A DNA stretch of 64,000 nt from Eledone cirrhosa (lineage: Eukaryota): the NCBI GenBank assembly GCA_964016885.1, contig OZ024742.1, positions 200,880,001 to 200,944,000 of the forward strand, written 5' to 3'. Under the pieces are notes generated by a model, which ran no database searches, was not told the DNA's origin, and was given only the letters and a program-made list of their open reading frames with translations. Position numbers and translations under genes: made by a program. This document shows, piece by piece, positions 28,310 to 40,312 of this stretch (position 1 is its first letter; every line of letters begins with the position of its first letter).

Positions 28310-29272
28310 TATATACATACAAACACACACGCACACACACATATATATAGTTACCATATTTTATGTCAGTTAATCAATCGATACTAGTGTATACAGGTTA
28401 GAGCATTCAACGGAGAATACATGTGAACCTGTGTACTCCGAAGTATGGTGTATACTTATGAAGTAGAAGTTAATATGTTAGAATTTGCCTTCTGTATTTG
28501 TTACATGATTCCTGTTATACGTATTCTGCTGGTAACTGTTATGTTAGACCTATGGCCACATCAGACAGCCATTATGTGAATAGAAAGTTACGAATAAAAA
28601 TAAGATGATTTGAACGAAGATAAAGATAAAAATTATTCATGCTGTTTCCATTCAGTGATATGTCACGGGCGGCTTATTTTACTTTCTCCCTCAAAGCCCT
28701 GCTGACATATGAATTAGTATAAACGACATCAAAGCATCAACATAAAGTGTGTAAAGGTCACCTAGATATTGGTTGAAGATAATTCCATCTCTACATCCTT
28801 CTAGCCTTCCTGAATTCCCCAATGGCACCAAAGTCTGAGATCCTCCATACATTTTGAAATCATGTCATTTGAAAATTCTTTAGCAGCAATGGGGCTACAT
28901 GAGGTTAATCTTAGATTGCGGTGGTGGGGGAAGATGGTGTTAACTATCTGGCTTTAGGTAGTACCCCCTCCTGAAGTTATTTACGTTGTATTTCTACTTA
29001 TTCTATAGTGTCACGCTAGGCTCCTATTAGAACTAACACTTTGCTTTCCTACATTAATTATAAGCATTTATCCATAGACACAGATAAAGGATAGATTAGA
29101 CATCCACGCACTCTGGATTACTCGAAGCATCCAATTTGTGCATATAACAAACCACTTATCTTGGATAGGAGTCCACAATGCAGTATTATTTGACTTACTA
29201 TCACTTGTCCCAAGTGATAGAGGGTGGCGGTAATAAGTGGTGTGGAATAAAGTGGGATGAACGGGATAGGTA

Positions 29273-30515
29273 CATGTTGGACAAAATAATGGAAACACCT
29301 TAAAATTTCAAACAAATTTATTTTAATATGGGGTAGGACCGCCTTTGGCAGTAATTACAGCTTGAATTCTACGAGGTATGGACTCGTACAAAGTTTGAAT
29401 TGTTTCCAACGGAATTTTTGTTCATTCTTCAGCTAAAACAGTCTCCAGTTCTTGTAGTGATGATGGTGGAAGATATTGACTCCTTACTTGTTTTTCTAAA
29501 ATGCACCATAAATGTTCAATAATATTGAGATCTGGGGACTGCGGCGACCAGATAAGATGTTCAACTTCACTAGAATGTTCCTCGTGTCATTCAGTAACAA
29601 CTTTAACTGTGTGAATTGGTGCATTATCGTCCTGAAACATTGCGTTTCCCTCCGGAAACAGTTCCGCAACCATAGGATCAGATAAAATGCTTAAATAGTC
29701 TTGACTATTAAATCTGCCATGAAGGGAAACCTTTGGGCCGGGGGGATTTCCAAGATATAGCCCCCCTGATCATCAGAGATCCTCCTCCATGTTTAACGGT
29801 TGGAAGAAGGCAGTCTGGGTCAAATGCTTCTTTTGGCTGTCTCCACATGTATACTCAGCCGGTGGTCGGAAATAAGGTAAAGGATGACTCGTCCGAGAAA
29901 ATAACATTCTTCCACTGCTCTAGGGACCAATTCTGTAGGTTTTTACTCCACTCTAAATGCTTTGCAACGTTTGTTTTTGAAAGTAGTGGTTTTCTGATTG
30001 CAGCCCTCCCGTGAAATCCGGCTTTGTGCAGCTCCCGGCGAACAGTTTTTGTGGAAACTGGGTTCTCGAGGTGGTCATTAAGCTCTGCAGTAATTTGGGG
30101 AGCTGTACTTTCGCGTAAGAGTTCGACGGTCCCTATCTGAAAGTTTTGGTTTTCTTCCGGAGTTTTGTTTCGACGAGGAGGTTGTTCCCTCTTTCTCAAA
30201 GGCTGTCATTACTTTCGAGACAGTATTTCTTGATACACCAAACATTTCGGCTGTTTTCGTTACGCTAGCGCCTGCCATACGAGCACCAACAATTTGACCT
30301 CTTTGAAAGTCCGATAGATCTGTCATTTTAATGAATTTTAATTACCTTTTTCTGATGATATCTGAAGACAAACAACACTGTTAACAAAACATGTTAAGCA
30401 ACACTAATAATAAATAAAAAAACATAAAAATAAACAAGCTTTTGACGGTTTTATAGATACTTTAAAATTATGATGCTATGATGCTAGGTGTTTCCATTAT
30501 TTTGTCCAACCCCTG
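29273..30515 (-). mobile_element. Tc1-family DNA transposon
   Basis: TIRs GTTGGACAAAATAATGGAAACACCT at both ends, flanked by TA. Confidence 0.92.
29323..30326 (-). pseudogene. Tc1 transposase, frameshifted
   Basis: HTH LSDFQRGQIVG, then GRKPKL, VIFSDES, FQDDNAPIH, SPDLNIIEHLW and GGPTPY*. Confidence 0.9.
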
Positions 30516-30641
30516 TATGTATATATGTATATATATATATGCAGTGACGGACTGGGTCTAGAAATATTGGTTGCCAGAGGATGAAGGGGGACCACCTATA
30601 TATAGATGGCTATCATTTAACTTTTATAAGGAATAAATAAT

Positions 30642-30822
30642 TGTTTCTACTTTAGGCACAAGGCCAGAATTACCCAGTGCATTACTGGTACTTTATTTTA
30701 TCGACCCCGTAAGGATGAAAGGCAAAGTCAACCTCGGCGGGATTTGAACTCAGATCGTAAAGGGACGTAACTATGCTGGAAAGCATGGCGTCCGACTCTC
30801 TACCGATACTGCCAATCCACCG
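30642..30822 (-). mobile_element. SINE family A with a 17-bp TSD
   Basis: TATAAGGAATAAATAAT at 30625-30641 and 30823-30839. Confidence 0.9.
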
Positions 30823-30959
30823 TATAAGGAATAAATAATATTTTCAAAATACATAAGTGGAAACAGAACAGTGCAATTAAATTTTTGCGGAAAAATATCT
30901 TACCTTTTCCAATAAAATATATGTATCTTGCGAAATCCAGAGACTTTCAATAATGACCA

Positions 30960-31368
30960 GAAGTCGACCCTAAATATTACTAATAGTAAAGTTAGGTTTA
31001 TAATTATCAATTTTTATTATACTTTTGTAGCTGTCTCGGTGGCCTAATTGGAAGAATCATAAACGGCGATGATTCTGGTCTGAAGTTCGATCCTGGTCGT
31101 GCGTAGGGTTCCCAGTAAACCCTTTCAGTTTTTTTGTAAGGGTTGTAAAATAAAAACTGAAAAGAATTACATGCACCACTTGACCAGGATCGAACCCAAG
31201 GTCAGGATCTCTACCGTATCTAGTACATACGGCTGGTCCACTGAGACTACTACGAAAATCTTATGAAAATTCATACTTATAAACCTACTTCCAAAATTTT
31301 CAAAACAAAATGATGTGGTGTCGTTCATGTCTTTCTTAATGTTATTGCTCCTACTTAAGGTCGACTTC
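30960..31368. repeat. Imperfect inverted repeat containing two convergent tRNA-like heads
   Basis: Paired blocks GAAGTCGACC/GGTCGACTTC, GTCTCGGTGG/CCACTGAGAC and GTTCGATCCTGGTC/GACCAGGATCGAAC. Confidence 0.7.
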
Positions 31369-31487
31369 TAAATCATTTGGGTGTTACATAAACTACATCC
31401 TTGTTTTGTTTCACATCTCTCTAGAATATATTTTAACCTGTAATCCATGTTCCTTTTCTGTTGCACCTCTTCTCCCCCTCCCCTCTG

Positions 31488-31540
<53 letters not shown>

Positions 31541-31677
31541 GTGATATTTAAATCTACTATGATTTGGGCTTACCTTATTCCTATATATATGTTTTAGCAT
31601 GTCAGTTAGATTCAAACTTACAATGATTGGAATTTTATATATATATACACACACACACGCGCGCGCGCTCGCGCGCG

Positions 31678-31713
<36 letters not shown>

Positions 31714-32037
31714 CAAATATAAATTAGCGAGAATCGTATTTCGGCTTAGGAATTAACGAAAAACAACTCCCGAGTTGTGTGGCAAGCGCTCGATGATTCA
31801 TATGAATCAGAGCTACAACATACGTTAAAGGCCAAACACACTGAGATGGTGGTTAAACTAATCATCCGCACATCCAAAAAAAGGACCAAGTAATTCGGGT
31901 CAAACAATAAAAATATATGTGATTGAAAATTATGTATTTTTTGAAAATGTTATTTATTCATTATAAAAATTAAACGATAGCATTCTATATGTCGGGGGGC
32001 TCCCTTCATTTGGCAACCAATATTTTTAGACCAACTG

Positions 32038-32081
<44 letters not shown>

Positions 32082-32099
32082 GTGTGTGTGTGTATGTGT

Positions 32100-32200
<101 letters not shown>

Positions 32201-32509
32201 TATGTGTCTGTGTCTATACATGCATGTTTGCATGAATGAATACACTAGCTTTAGATTAAGTAGAATTTACGACCACCGATTCCAGCTTCGTGCACTATCG
32301 TATATTTTGGTTTCTAGTAATTCCCTGAGGAATTGGTTGACCAAATGCTTTGCTTAATTGTTTTATTTATTTTAAAAAAAATGTATTCTTTCTCTTAGAC
32401 TTCATGTAAATTTTTAAAGCAAATAATTGGCCCTAAAATACTACTGCGGGCTCTTGCAATGCTACCGTGCGCACCCCGGGTCCCACTTGCCACTTTATAT
32501 ATGTATGTA

Positions 32510-32574
<65 letters not shown>

Positions 32575-32718
32575 CTATATTTAAAAGTTAAACAAGGTTC
32601 AATGAATAAATAAAAAAATGAGTTTTACAATAGATTGGAAGCACTCAACAATTTGTTTTCCAGAGTTATTAATATTAATTCAAAATATTAACAAAATAGA
32701 TATTCTAGTGATCAAGTA

Positions 32719-32785
32719 TATTTTATTATACATATTTCAGAGGTACTGAGTTAACTTCAACAGTACGTCCTCATCAGATAAAATA
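32719..32785 (-). ncRNA. Minimal type I hammerhead ribozyme
   Basis: Minus strand: TATTTTAT-CTGATGA-GGACGTACTG...CAGTACCTCT-GAAA-TATGTA-TA^-ATAAAATA. Confidence 0.78.
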
Positions 32786-32943
32786 AGATGATGCATGACA
32801 TACCCTGACATAGTAGATGGTTAAGATTCAGTCATGGTAGTGAGTAATATAAGACAAAAGTCAATATTTATATACCTTAATATTGAGAACATGAGAAAAA
32901 TATATAATACATACAATAGAGAGGGTGCGTGTAATACAGCTTA

Positions 32944-32976
<33 letters not shown>

Positions 32977-33439
32977 CGTGTGTGTGTGTGTTTGTCTGTA
33001 TAATGTTTATATATATATATCTATATATGTGTGTGTGTGTTTTTGTATATATATACATATATTGGAAGTGTAGATGCTCCAACGTGAATGAATTTTTACA
33101 GTCTCCTTCTCAACAAGGAAGATGCAAAAACTTACCCCAACACTTGATTTTAAATCTTTAATTTTTAGTTTTTAATCCTTATTAATTCTTTTTAATTGTA
33201 ATACTCAACATTTTATGAGGTGAATTTTACTAATACATCGAAACCGGTTATATTCTATATATTTTATATAGATTATAAAACTCTTTTTTAAAAGAATTGC
33301 TCCTCTCATTTTTTCAATAAAGTCACTTTGACGAATCAAAGAAGAGGAAAAAAGAACAAAGAAAAACAGTTCCTTAAATATATTTTCTGTGCTATTTCTA
33401 ACCTCACTCTCTCTCTCTCTTTCTCTCTCCCCCTCTCTC

Positions 33440-33477
<38 letters not shown>

Positions 33478-33665
33478 TCGGAAGTGTAGGTGCTCCAGCG
33501 TAAATGATTATCACAATACTCGATCACAATATATAATAGTTGAGAGAAATTTCTAAAGTAATATGGGAGACGGAAAATGTTAACGACTACATTCTATAAT
33601 GTCTCCAATATTTCTTAAATCAACCAGATGTTTTTATACACATACACTCTCTCACACGCACACAC

Positions 33666-33793
<128 letters not shown>

Positions 33794-34312
33794 CACACAT
33801 ATATACGCGTACAAACACAAGCAAGCATATATAGATATCTTTAGACTTCTGATTACTCTCTGACTCACCCCTTCAGCAATGGCTGTGATGTAGATTTGTA
33901 GATCGATAGATCAATATTATTTCGTTATATATCACAACTACAATGTGATAAACATAGCCAATCACTTCACTTTACACACACTAATCACAACGTATGAAGC
34001 AGAGCGCTGATTAATCCTGTTGGCTTTAAATTGATGTCATACAAGCCAAACCATCCACCATTTCTCTTTCTATTCTCTATCAGCGTCCCCTTTGTCTCTT
34101 CCTGTTCTACCCCTTCTCCGGTGATTTGACTTCTCTCTTATCTCTTTTCCTCTTCCTCTCCTCTCCCCTTTATCTGTACTTATTTATCATTCCCGTCAAC
34201 AAACCCAGATCTCAAATCTTTTCTATCTCTGTCTTTCCCTTCTATGCCCCCATTCTTTCCTCTCTTTAAATTCCTCTCACATTTTCCACCGCTCTCTGCT
34301 CCAGAGCTCCCC

Positions 34313-34425
<113 letters not shown>

Positions 34426-34502
34426 TACCAAGTACATTCTTTCTTTTTCTATTGTGTAGGGAACCCAGGATCATATTCTCCAACTTATCATTTTCTAAGG
34501 GA

Positions 34503-35283
34503 GAGAGTCGGACACCATGTTTTGCAACATAGACTTACGACCCTTTACTTTCTGAGTTCACATCCCGCCTAGGTTAGCTTTTCTTTTCATCCTTACAGGG
34601 TCGATAAAATAAAGTACCAGTAACATACTGGGTTCGATTTAATCGACTTTCCAGTCTCACTAAAATTGCTGGCCTTGTACCTAAATCAGAAACCATTATT
34701 TTCTAAGGGACTAGCGTGTGATTACCGGAAAACTAACTGCTACTTCTTATAACCATTGGTTTTTCATCAACATGTGTTTAAGATAGTGCTAGATTGTTGG
34801 TGTTCTGATGCGAACCTATCACCATTTAGTTGCTTAATACTTTTCATTATTTAGCCAATCCCGAGGTTGACTTTGCCTTTCATCCTTACGGGGTCGATAA
34901 AATAAAGTACCAGTAATGCACTGGGTAATTGCTGGCCTCGTGCCTAAAGAAGAAACAATTATTTAGCCAATCCCGCCGAGGTTAACTTTGCCTTTCATCC
35001 TTACGGGGTCGATAAAATAAAGTACCAGTAATACACTGGGTAATTGATGGCCTTGTGCCTAACGTAGAAACAATTATTTAGCCAACAGTGGATTCGCAGT
35101 ATCGGTAGAGGGTCGGACGCCATGCTTTGATGCGTAGAGTTACGGCCCTTGCCATTCTGAGTTTAAATTCCGCCGAGGTTAACTTTGCCTTTCATCCTTA
35201 CGAGGTCGATAAAATAAAGTACCAGTAATACACAGGGTAATTGCTGGCCTTGTGCCAAAAGTAGAAACAATTATTTAGCCAAC
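34503..35283 (+). mobile_element. Cluster of SINE family A copies (34503-34700 and a tandem at 34855-35283)
   Basis: Repeated SINE bodies; the tandem copies are joined by AATTATTTAGCCAA. Confidence 0.85.
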
Positions 35284-36532
35284 AGTGGCTCTGAACTTTT
35301 GATAGGATTTACAAATCGTCACCAAAGAGAAGATTTAAAACAAATTCCGTATACAGAGATAAGGATTTCTGTTACGAAAGACAATTATTAACATCTTATA
35401 GAAGTATAATTAATTTCTCTCTTTGAAGAAACGAAATAAATCCATTTCTTTGCTTAATCCACTTGGTTTGTTTCCATTCCCGTGATATTATCTCTTCTTA
35501 AACATTTTCTTTGTATTTGGCTGAAAATTCCTTTGATATGGCTTTTATATTATACTCTTCCATTACTTCTTCTGCTTTTGTGACCATGCACCGCATGTTT
35601 GTGTATATTCCAAGCACTATATCTTTGATAATCTGCAAACTTTATCCTTAATTAATTATCGTTGTACGATAAACTAAAAAGAGGTTTACAACTGCATCAT
35701 AGTTCCATAGTTGTTATATAGCAATTTCTCTAGAAATGATCAACAAAAAGTCGATTTGTACTTTAGTATTTCATTTCTTGAGCACGTTCTTATATTTACT
35801 GACTTCTACAGCTCCATGTTCTGTGTAACTGTGTAGGAAGGGTAGAGGCGTGAGTTCTAAGATTGTTCTGTGGATGACCACCACCCTTGTTCACATAGCT
35901 TTCTTAGTTTCTAGTTTGTGTTCCTGTTCTTATTTACTGTTTGTTTAGAGCCTGGAGATTTACCGACGTAATTATCTTATTTGTTACAATCTATTGTTGT
36001 AGCTGATTGAACAAATATTTTTTTTTTGTTGGCTTTTTTCTTATTGATAAAATCGATCACACGAAATATTATCAATGTTTGTTTTTATTTTCGTTTTACC
36101 TCATGAAGTAAACAAAAGATTTATGGAATAACAAAAACAAAATCAGAATAAAGGAATGAAAAATAAAATAACTGAATTGAATATAATATAATATTAAAAA
36201 GGATTATGGAGCATGGGATATCAGGAATATTACAATAATGGTGTATGTGATAATATCGGTAGTGACAATGGTAATAGTAGAGAAGATATAGTAGTAGAGA
36301 TATGATAGAAGAGAGGCATTTTGCTTGATGGGCCCGTAGGGAAGCAGTAACCGATCTCTCTGAGAGAGAGAGAGGGGGGGAGAGTGGAAGAGGGATCGAG
36401 GCAGAGAGGAAAGAGAGAAAGATGGAGAGGAAGGAGAAGGAGGCTGGAAGAAAGAAAAAGAAAGAAGAAGAACAGAGGAAAGAGATGGAGAGGGAAAGAG
36501 TGGAAGAGAGGATGATATATGTATATTATATA

Positions 36533-36570
<38 letters not shown>

Positions 36571-37205
36571 ATAATAATAAATTTGAAGACTAAATCCAAA
36601 GAGGGGTCGATAAGGATAAATATATATCAAATATATAAAAACCGTAGAGCAAATATTTATTAAAATAACGGATTAAAGTTTAAGCAAAGAATCGCTGCTT
36701 TCACCCTTAACGGGATCTTCTGAAACTAACAAAGTCAATCTGTAAACGCAGAAGTGGATATTTCAAAAAACGTTGCAACCGGAGGAAGACAGGAAGACGA
36801 TACTTTGGTTCGTGGAAACGTTCGCTGGCAAAGAACGGGAAAATACGAATATAATACGTCATTAATAGGAGCGGTGAAAAACAATTACGCGCAAAGACAG
36901 AACCACGTTTATGGTATAAAAGAAGTCGTAGACTAATGTTCTCTTAGGTGGTTCATAGAGACGTTCTCTGGCAATGAACGAAAAATACGAAGATAATACG
37001 TCATATGTGGAGCGTGGAGAACAATAGCACGCAAAGACAAAACCACGTAAATGGTATAGCAGAAGGCGGGCGAGTAATGTGGCAGCATACTATTACGTCC
37101 GTCTCACGGTTAAAAACATAGCACACAATTTTTCCTGTCTTTTTTCTTTGCTTGTTTTCTGAAAGCTTACCATAATTCCGTTGGTATACATCTATTACGC
37201 AATTT

Positions 37206-37263
37206 ACACCTGATGAAGACTTTGGCTTCCTACGCAACGCCGCCACTGAAATATACATAGTGT
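37206..37263 (+). ncRNA. Type I hammerhead ribozyme
   Basis: ACAC-CTGATGA-AG..TGGC...GCCA-CT-GAAA-TATACA-TA^-GTGT. Confidence 0.65.
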
Positions 37264-37509
37264 TTAGAGTAATAAAAAATGCAGGAAATTCAACATATTT
37301 GGCCTCCTGACATTTCACTTTATAACACATTTACTCCGTTTTCGCACCACCAACATGATTCAACATTGAAAATGGATGAGTTGCATAACGTCGAGGGCGT
37401 TTCTCATATTACGTCATGATTAACATTGCGGAATTACCAATTCTGCACAAAGACATTTTTTCCAATTCCATCCCATCCGTTCCCTCAATCTATCTTATTT
37501 CTCATTCTT

Positions 37510-37545
37510 TCTTCTGATGAAGAACTAGCGTCCGAAACGTTAAGA
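37510..37545 (+). ncRNA. Minimal hammerhead-like motif
   Basis: TCTT-CTGATGA-AGAACTAGCGTCC-GAAACGTT-AAGA, with an AACGTT palindrome at helix III. Confidence 0.5.
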
Positions 37546-37661
37546 CTCTCTTCCTGCTATATCAAGCGTTAACCTAATATATCCCTTCCATATACTGTAC
37601 CGATTGTGTTGTTATTTCTGTTTACCTTTTTCACACACACACACGCATATATATATATATA

Positions 37662-38235
37662 CTAGCCGAATTACCCACGCATTGCTGCGTTTCACACATT
37701 TTTTTGTAAGAAAATACGATTGATTTGAAATCAATGATATAATTTATGGAGAAAAAATAAAGGGAAAATGTTAAAAAAGTCGAGGCATTAACTAATAATT
37801 TTTGTTGTCATAATTCTAGTGATGTTTTGTCATAGATAAAATGTCTAAATTAGCCAAGTTTTACTATAAAAGAGAGGTGCTTTTTTTGTTGATTTACCTT
37901 TAATTAATGGAAAAACCCTGTGATAATAGAGGTTCCAATACTCAAGTTATGGGCTTCCAAAATGTTCACTATAGGGGGGGTTTAACCCCATTAGGGTATC
38001 TTAATATTATTGAAATTTGCTGAAATTTTGTGAATAGGCATCAGCATCATATCTTGTCATTTACGTATGGTTTAAATTTCATATAAACCGAAGGGAAAAT
38101 ATTTTCAGCAATGTAGTTTCAGAATATATATGGTTATGAGGGTCTATCTCCAAAACCATAGGAGGAATTCATGAACAAACAAATAAGCAAACAGACAGGA
38201 ACTACAACTTTATATATATATATATATATATTAGA
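37662..38235 (-). mobile_element. Non-autonomous Helitron
   Basis: Minus-strand 3' hairpin ACGCAGCAATGCGT then CTAG|T. The 5' end merges into (TA)n, so that boundary is approximate. Confidence 0.65.
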
Positions 38236-38369
38236 AAGTGAGGTTTTTTTTTACAAATTGAAAAATAACCGAGGTGTCCTACACGAGTGAAAGTATAAAG
38301 AAAAAGAGATGAAATCGAAAATGCAACTGGAGTCTTATTTTTTTTTAAAATATATATATTTATTTGGTT

Positions 38370-38407
38370 CCTTTACCGGTTTCGCAGTTCTTCTGCTTTT
38401 CAAAAGG
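38370..38407 (-). ncRNA. U3-A8 variant hammerhead (mirror copy)
   Basis: Reverse complement of 38480-38517. Confidence 0.68.
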
Positions 38408-38479
38408 TGAGTTGAGATGGAGGGTCTGTGGTTTTTCTCACATCTGTGAGAAAAACCACAGAACCTCCATCTCAACTCA

Positions 38480-38517
38480 CCTTTTGAAAAGCAGAAGAAC
38501 TGCGAAACCGGTAAAGG
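38480..38517 (+). ncRNA. Minimal type I hammerhead, U3-A8 core variant
   Basis: CCTT-TTGAAAA-GCAG-AAGAA-CTGC-GAAA-CCGG-TA^-AAGG. Confidence 0.7.
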
Positions 38518-38589
38518 AACCAAATAAATATATATATTTTAAAAAAAAATAAGACTCCAGTTGCATTTTCGATTTCATCTCTTTTTCTT

Positions 38590-38744
<155 letters not shown>

Positions 38745-39386
38745 GGGAGAGAAAGGGAGAGATAGATGGAGAGATATATTCGACTCGGTATTTGATTTAT
38801 CGGTCTTGAATGGATGAATAACAAAGTTAATCTCAATTGGATTTAATCTCAGATCGCAGAGAACCGAACCAAATACCGTGGAACATTCTATCTGTTATAA
38901 TAACGACTCTGCCATTTGACAGTCTTAGTAGAACAGATGTGGTAGAACAGAGGTAGAATAGATGTGCTAGAACAGATGTGGCAGTTATAGTTGACTATAA
39001 GATTACTATTCAGTTATGTGAAGTTAATTCTTTGATAGAAATCGTAAAATATATTGTGGAGGTCTGTGTCACAGAAATATCCAAAGTGACAGTCTTCGAA
39101 ACAGTAATACTAACAATAACAACAATAACACCAACATCAGCAACGATAACAACACCTAATTCCAAATAACAACAGCAGCAGAAGTAGATCCAACATCAAA
39201 TACAACTGTATATACAACAACGGCTGATAAATATTAATAAATATGACAACAAAAACACTAACATTAAATACAAGAACACAAAGACATCAACAGCAGGTAC
39301 AACAGGAAATACACAACAATAAATGTAATAGCATAAACAGCAAAAACAACAATAACAACCAACTGCTGCAGCTGATGTTGTTGCTG

Positions 39387-39432
<46 letters not shown>

Positions 39433-39532
39433 GGCGATAAATATAATAGCATATACAACAACACAACAACAACAATAACAAACAGCTGCTGCTGCTGCTG
39501 CTGCTACTACCACCACCACCACCACCATCACC

Positions 39533-39596
<64 letters not shown>

Positions 39597-39896
39597 GTTC
39601 AACAACAACAACAACAATAACAACAACAACAACAATAACAACAACAACAGCAGTTAACTTTGCTTTTCATCCTTACGGAGTGGATAAACAAAGTACCAGT
39701 AATACACTGGTGTATTGCTGGCCTTGTGCCAAAAGTGGAAACAATTATTAGAAGAGGAGAAACAACAACATTAACTATGTCAACAACAACAGCAACAACA
39801 ACATTAACAATGACAAAAAATAGTAACAACTAAACAACAACACCAACAATAACTACTACTACTACTACTAATACTACTACTACAACTACTACTACA

Positions 39897-39931
<35 letters not shown>

Positions 39932-40121
39932 AGCTTACAAATAAAACGAAAGAAAACCTCCATCACAACCACAATAGGAACGACCACAACAACAAGAGCA
40001 ACAATAATGAGTTCATTTATTGGCCACAAGGGCCGACATACAGGGGACAATACAAAAGACTGGCACAGTGGGGTTTTACATATACAACGTGTAAACAATA
40101 TAAATAACAATAACAAAGTAA

Positions 40122-40310
40122 CAATAATTGTTACTACTTTTGGCACAAGGCCAGCATTTAGCCAGTACATTACTGGTACTATATTTTATCGACCCCGTAA
40201 GGATGAAAGGCAAAGTTAACCTCGGCGGGATATGAACTCAGAATGGCAAGGGCCGTAACTCTCTGCGTCAAAGCATGGAGTCCGATGCTCTACCGATACT
40301 GCCAATCCAC
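40122..40310 (-). mobile_element. SINE family A
   Basis: Near full-length copy. Confidence 0.88.
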
Positions 40311-40312
40311 AG

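Noticed and set aside
31027-31100. Functional tRNA gene
   Set aside because: A and B boxes are present but there is no convincing cloverleaf; treated as a tRNA-derived repeat. The same applies to the SINE heads.
33207-33254. Hammerhead-like motif TTTATGA-GGTG...CATC-GAAACCGGTT
   Set aside because: The core has lost C3 and G5 and helix I is mismatched; at best a dead remnant.
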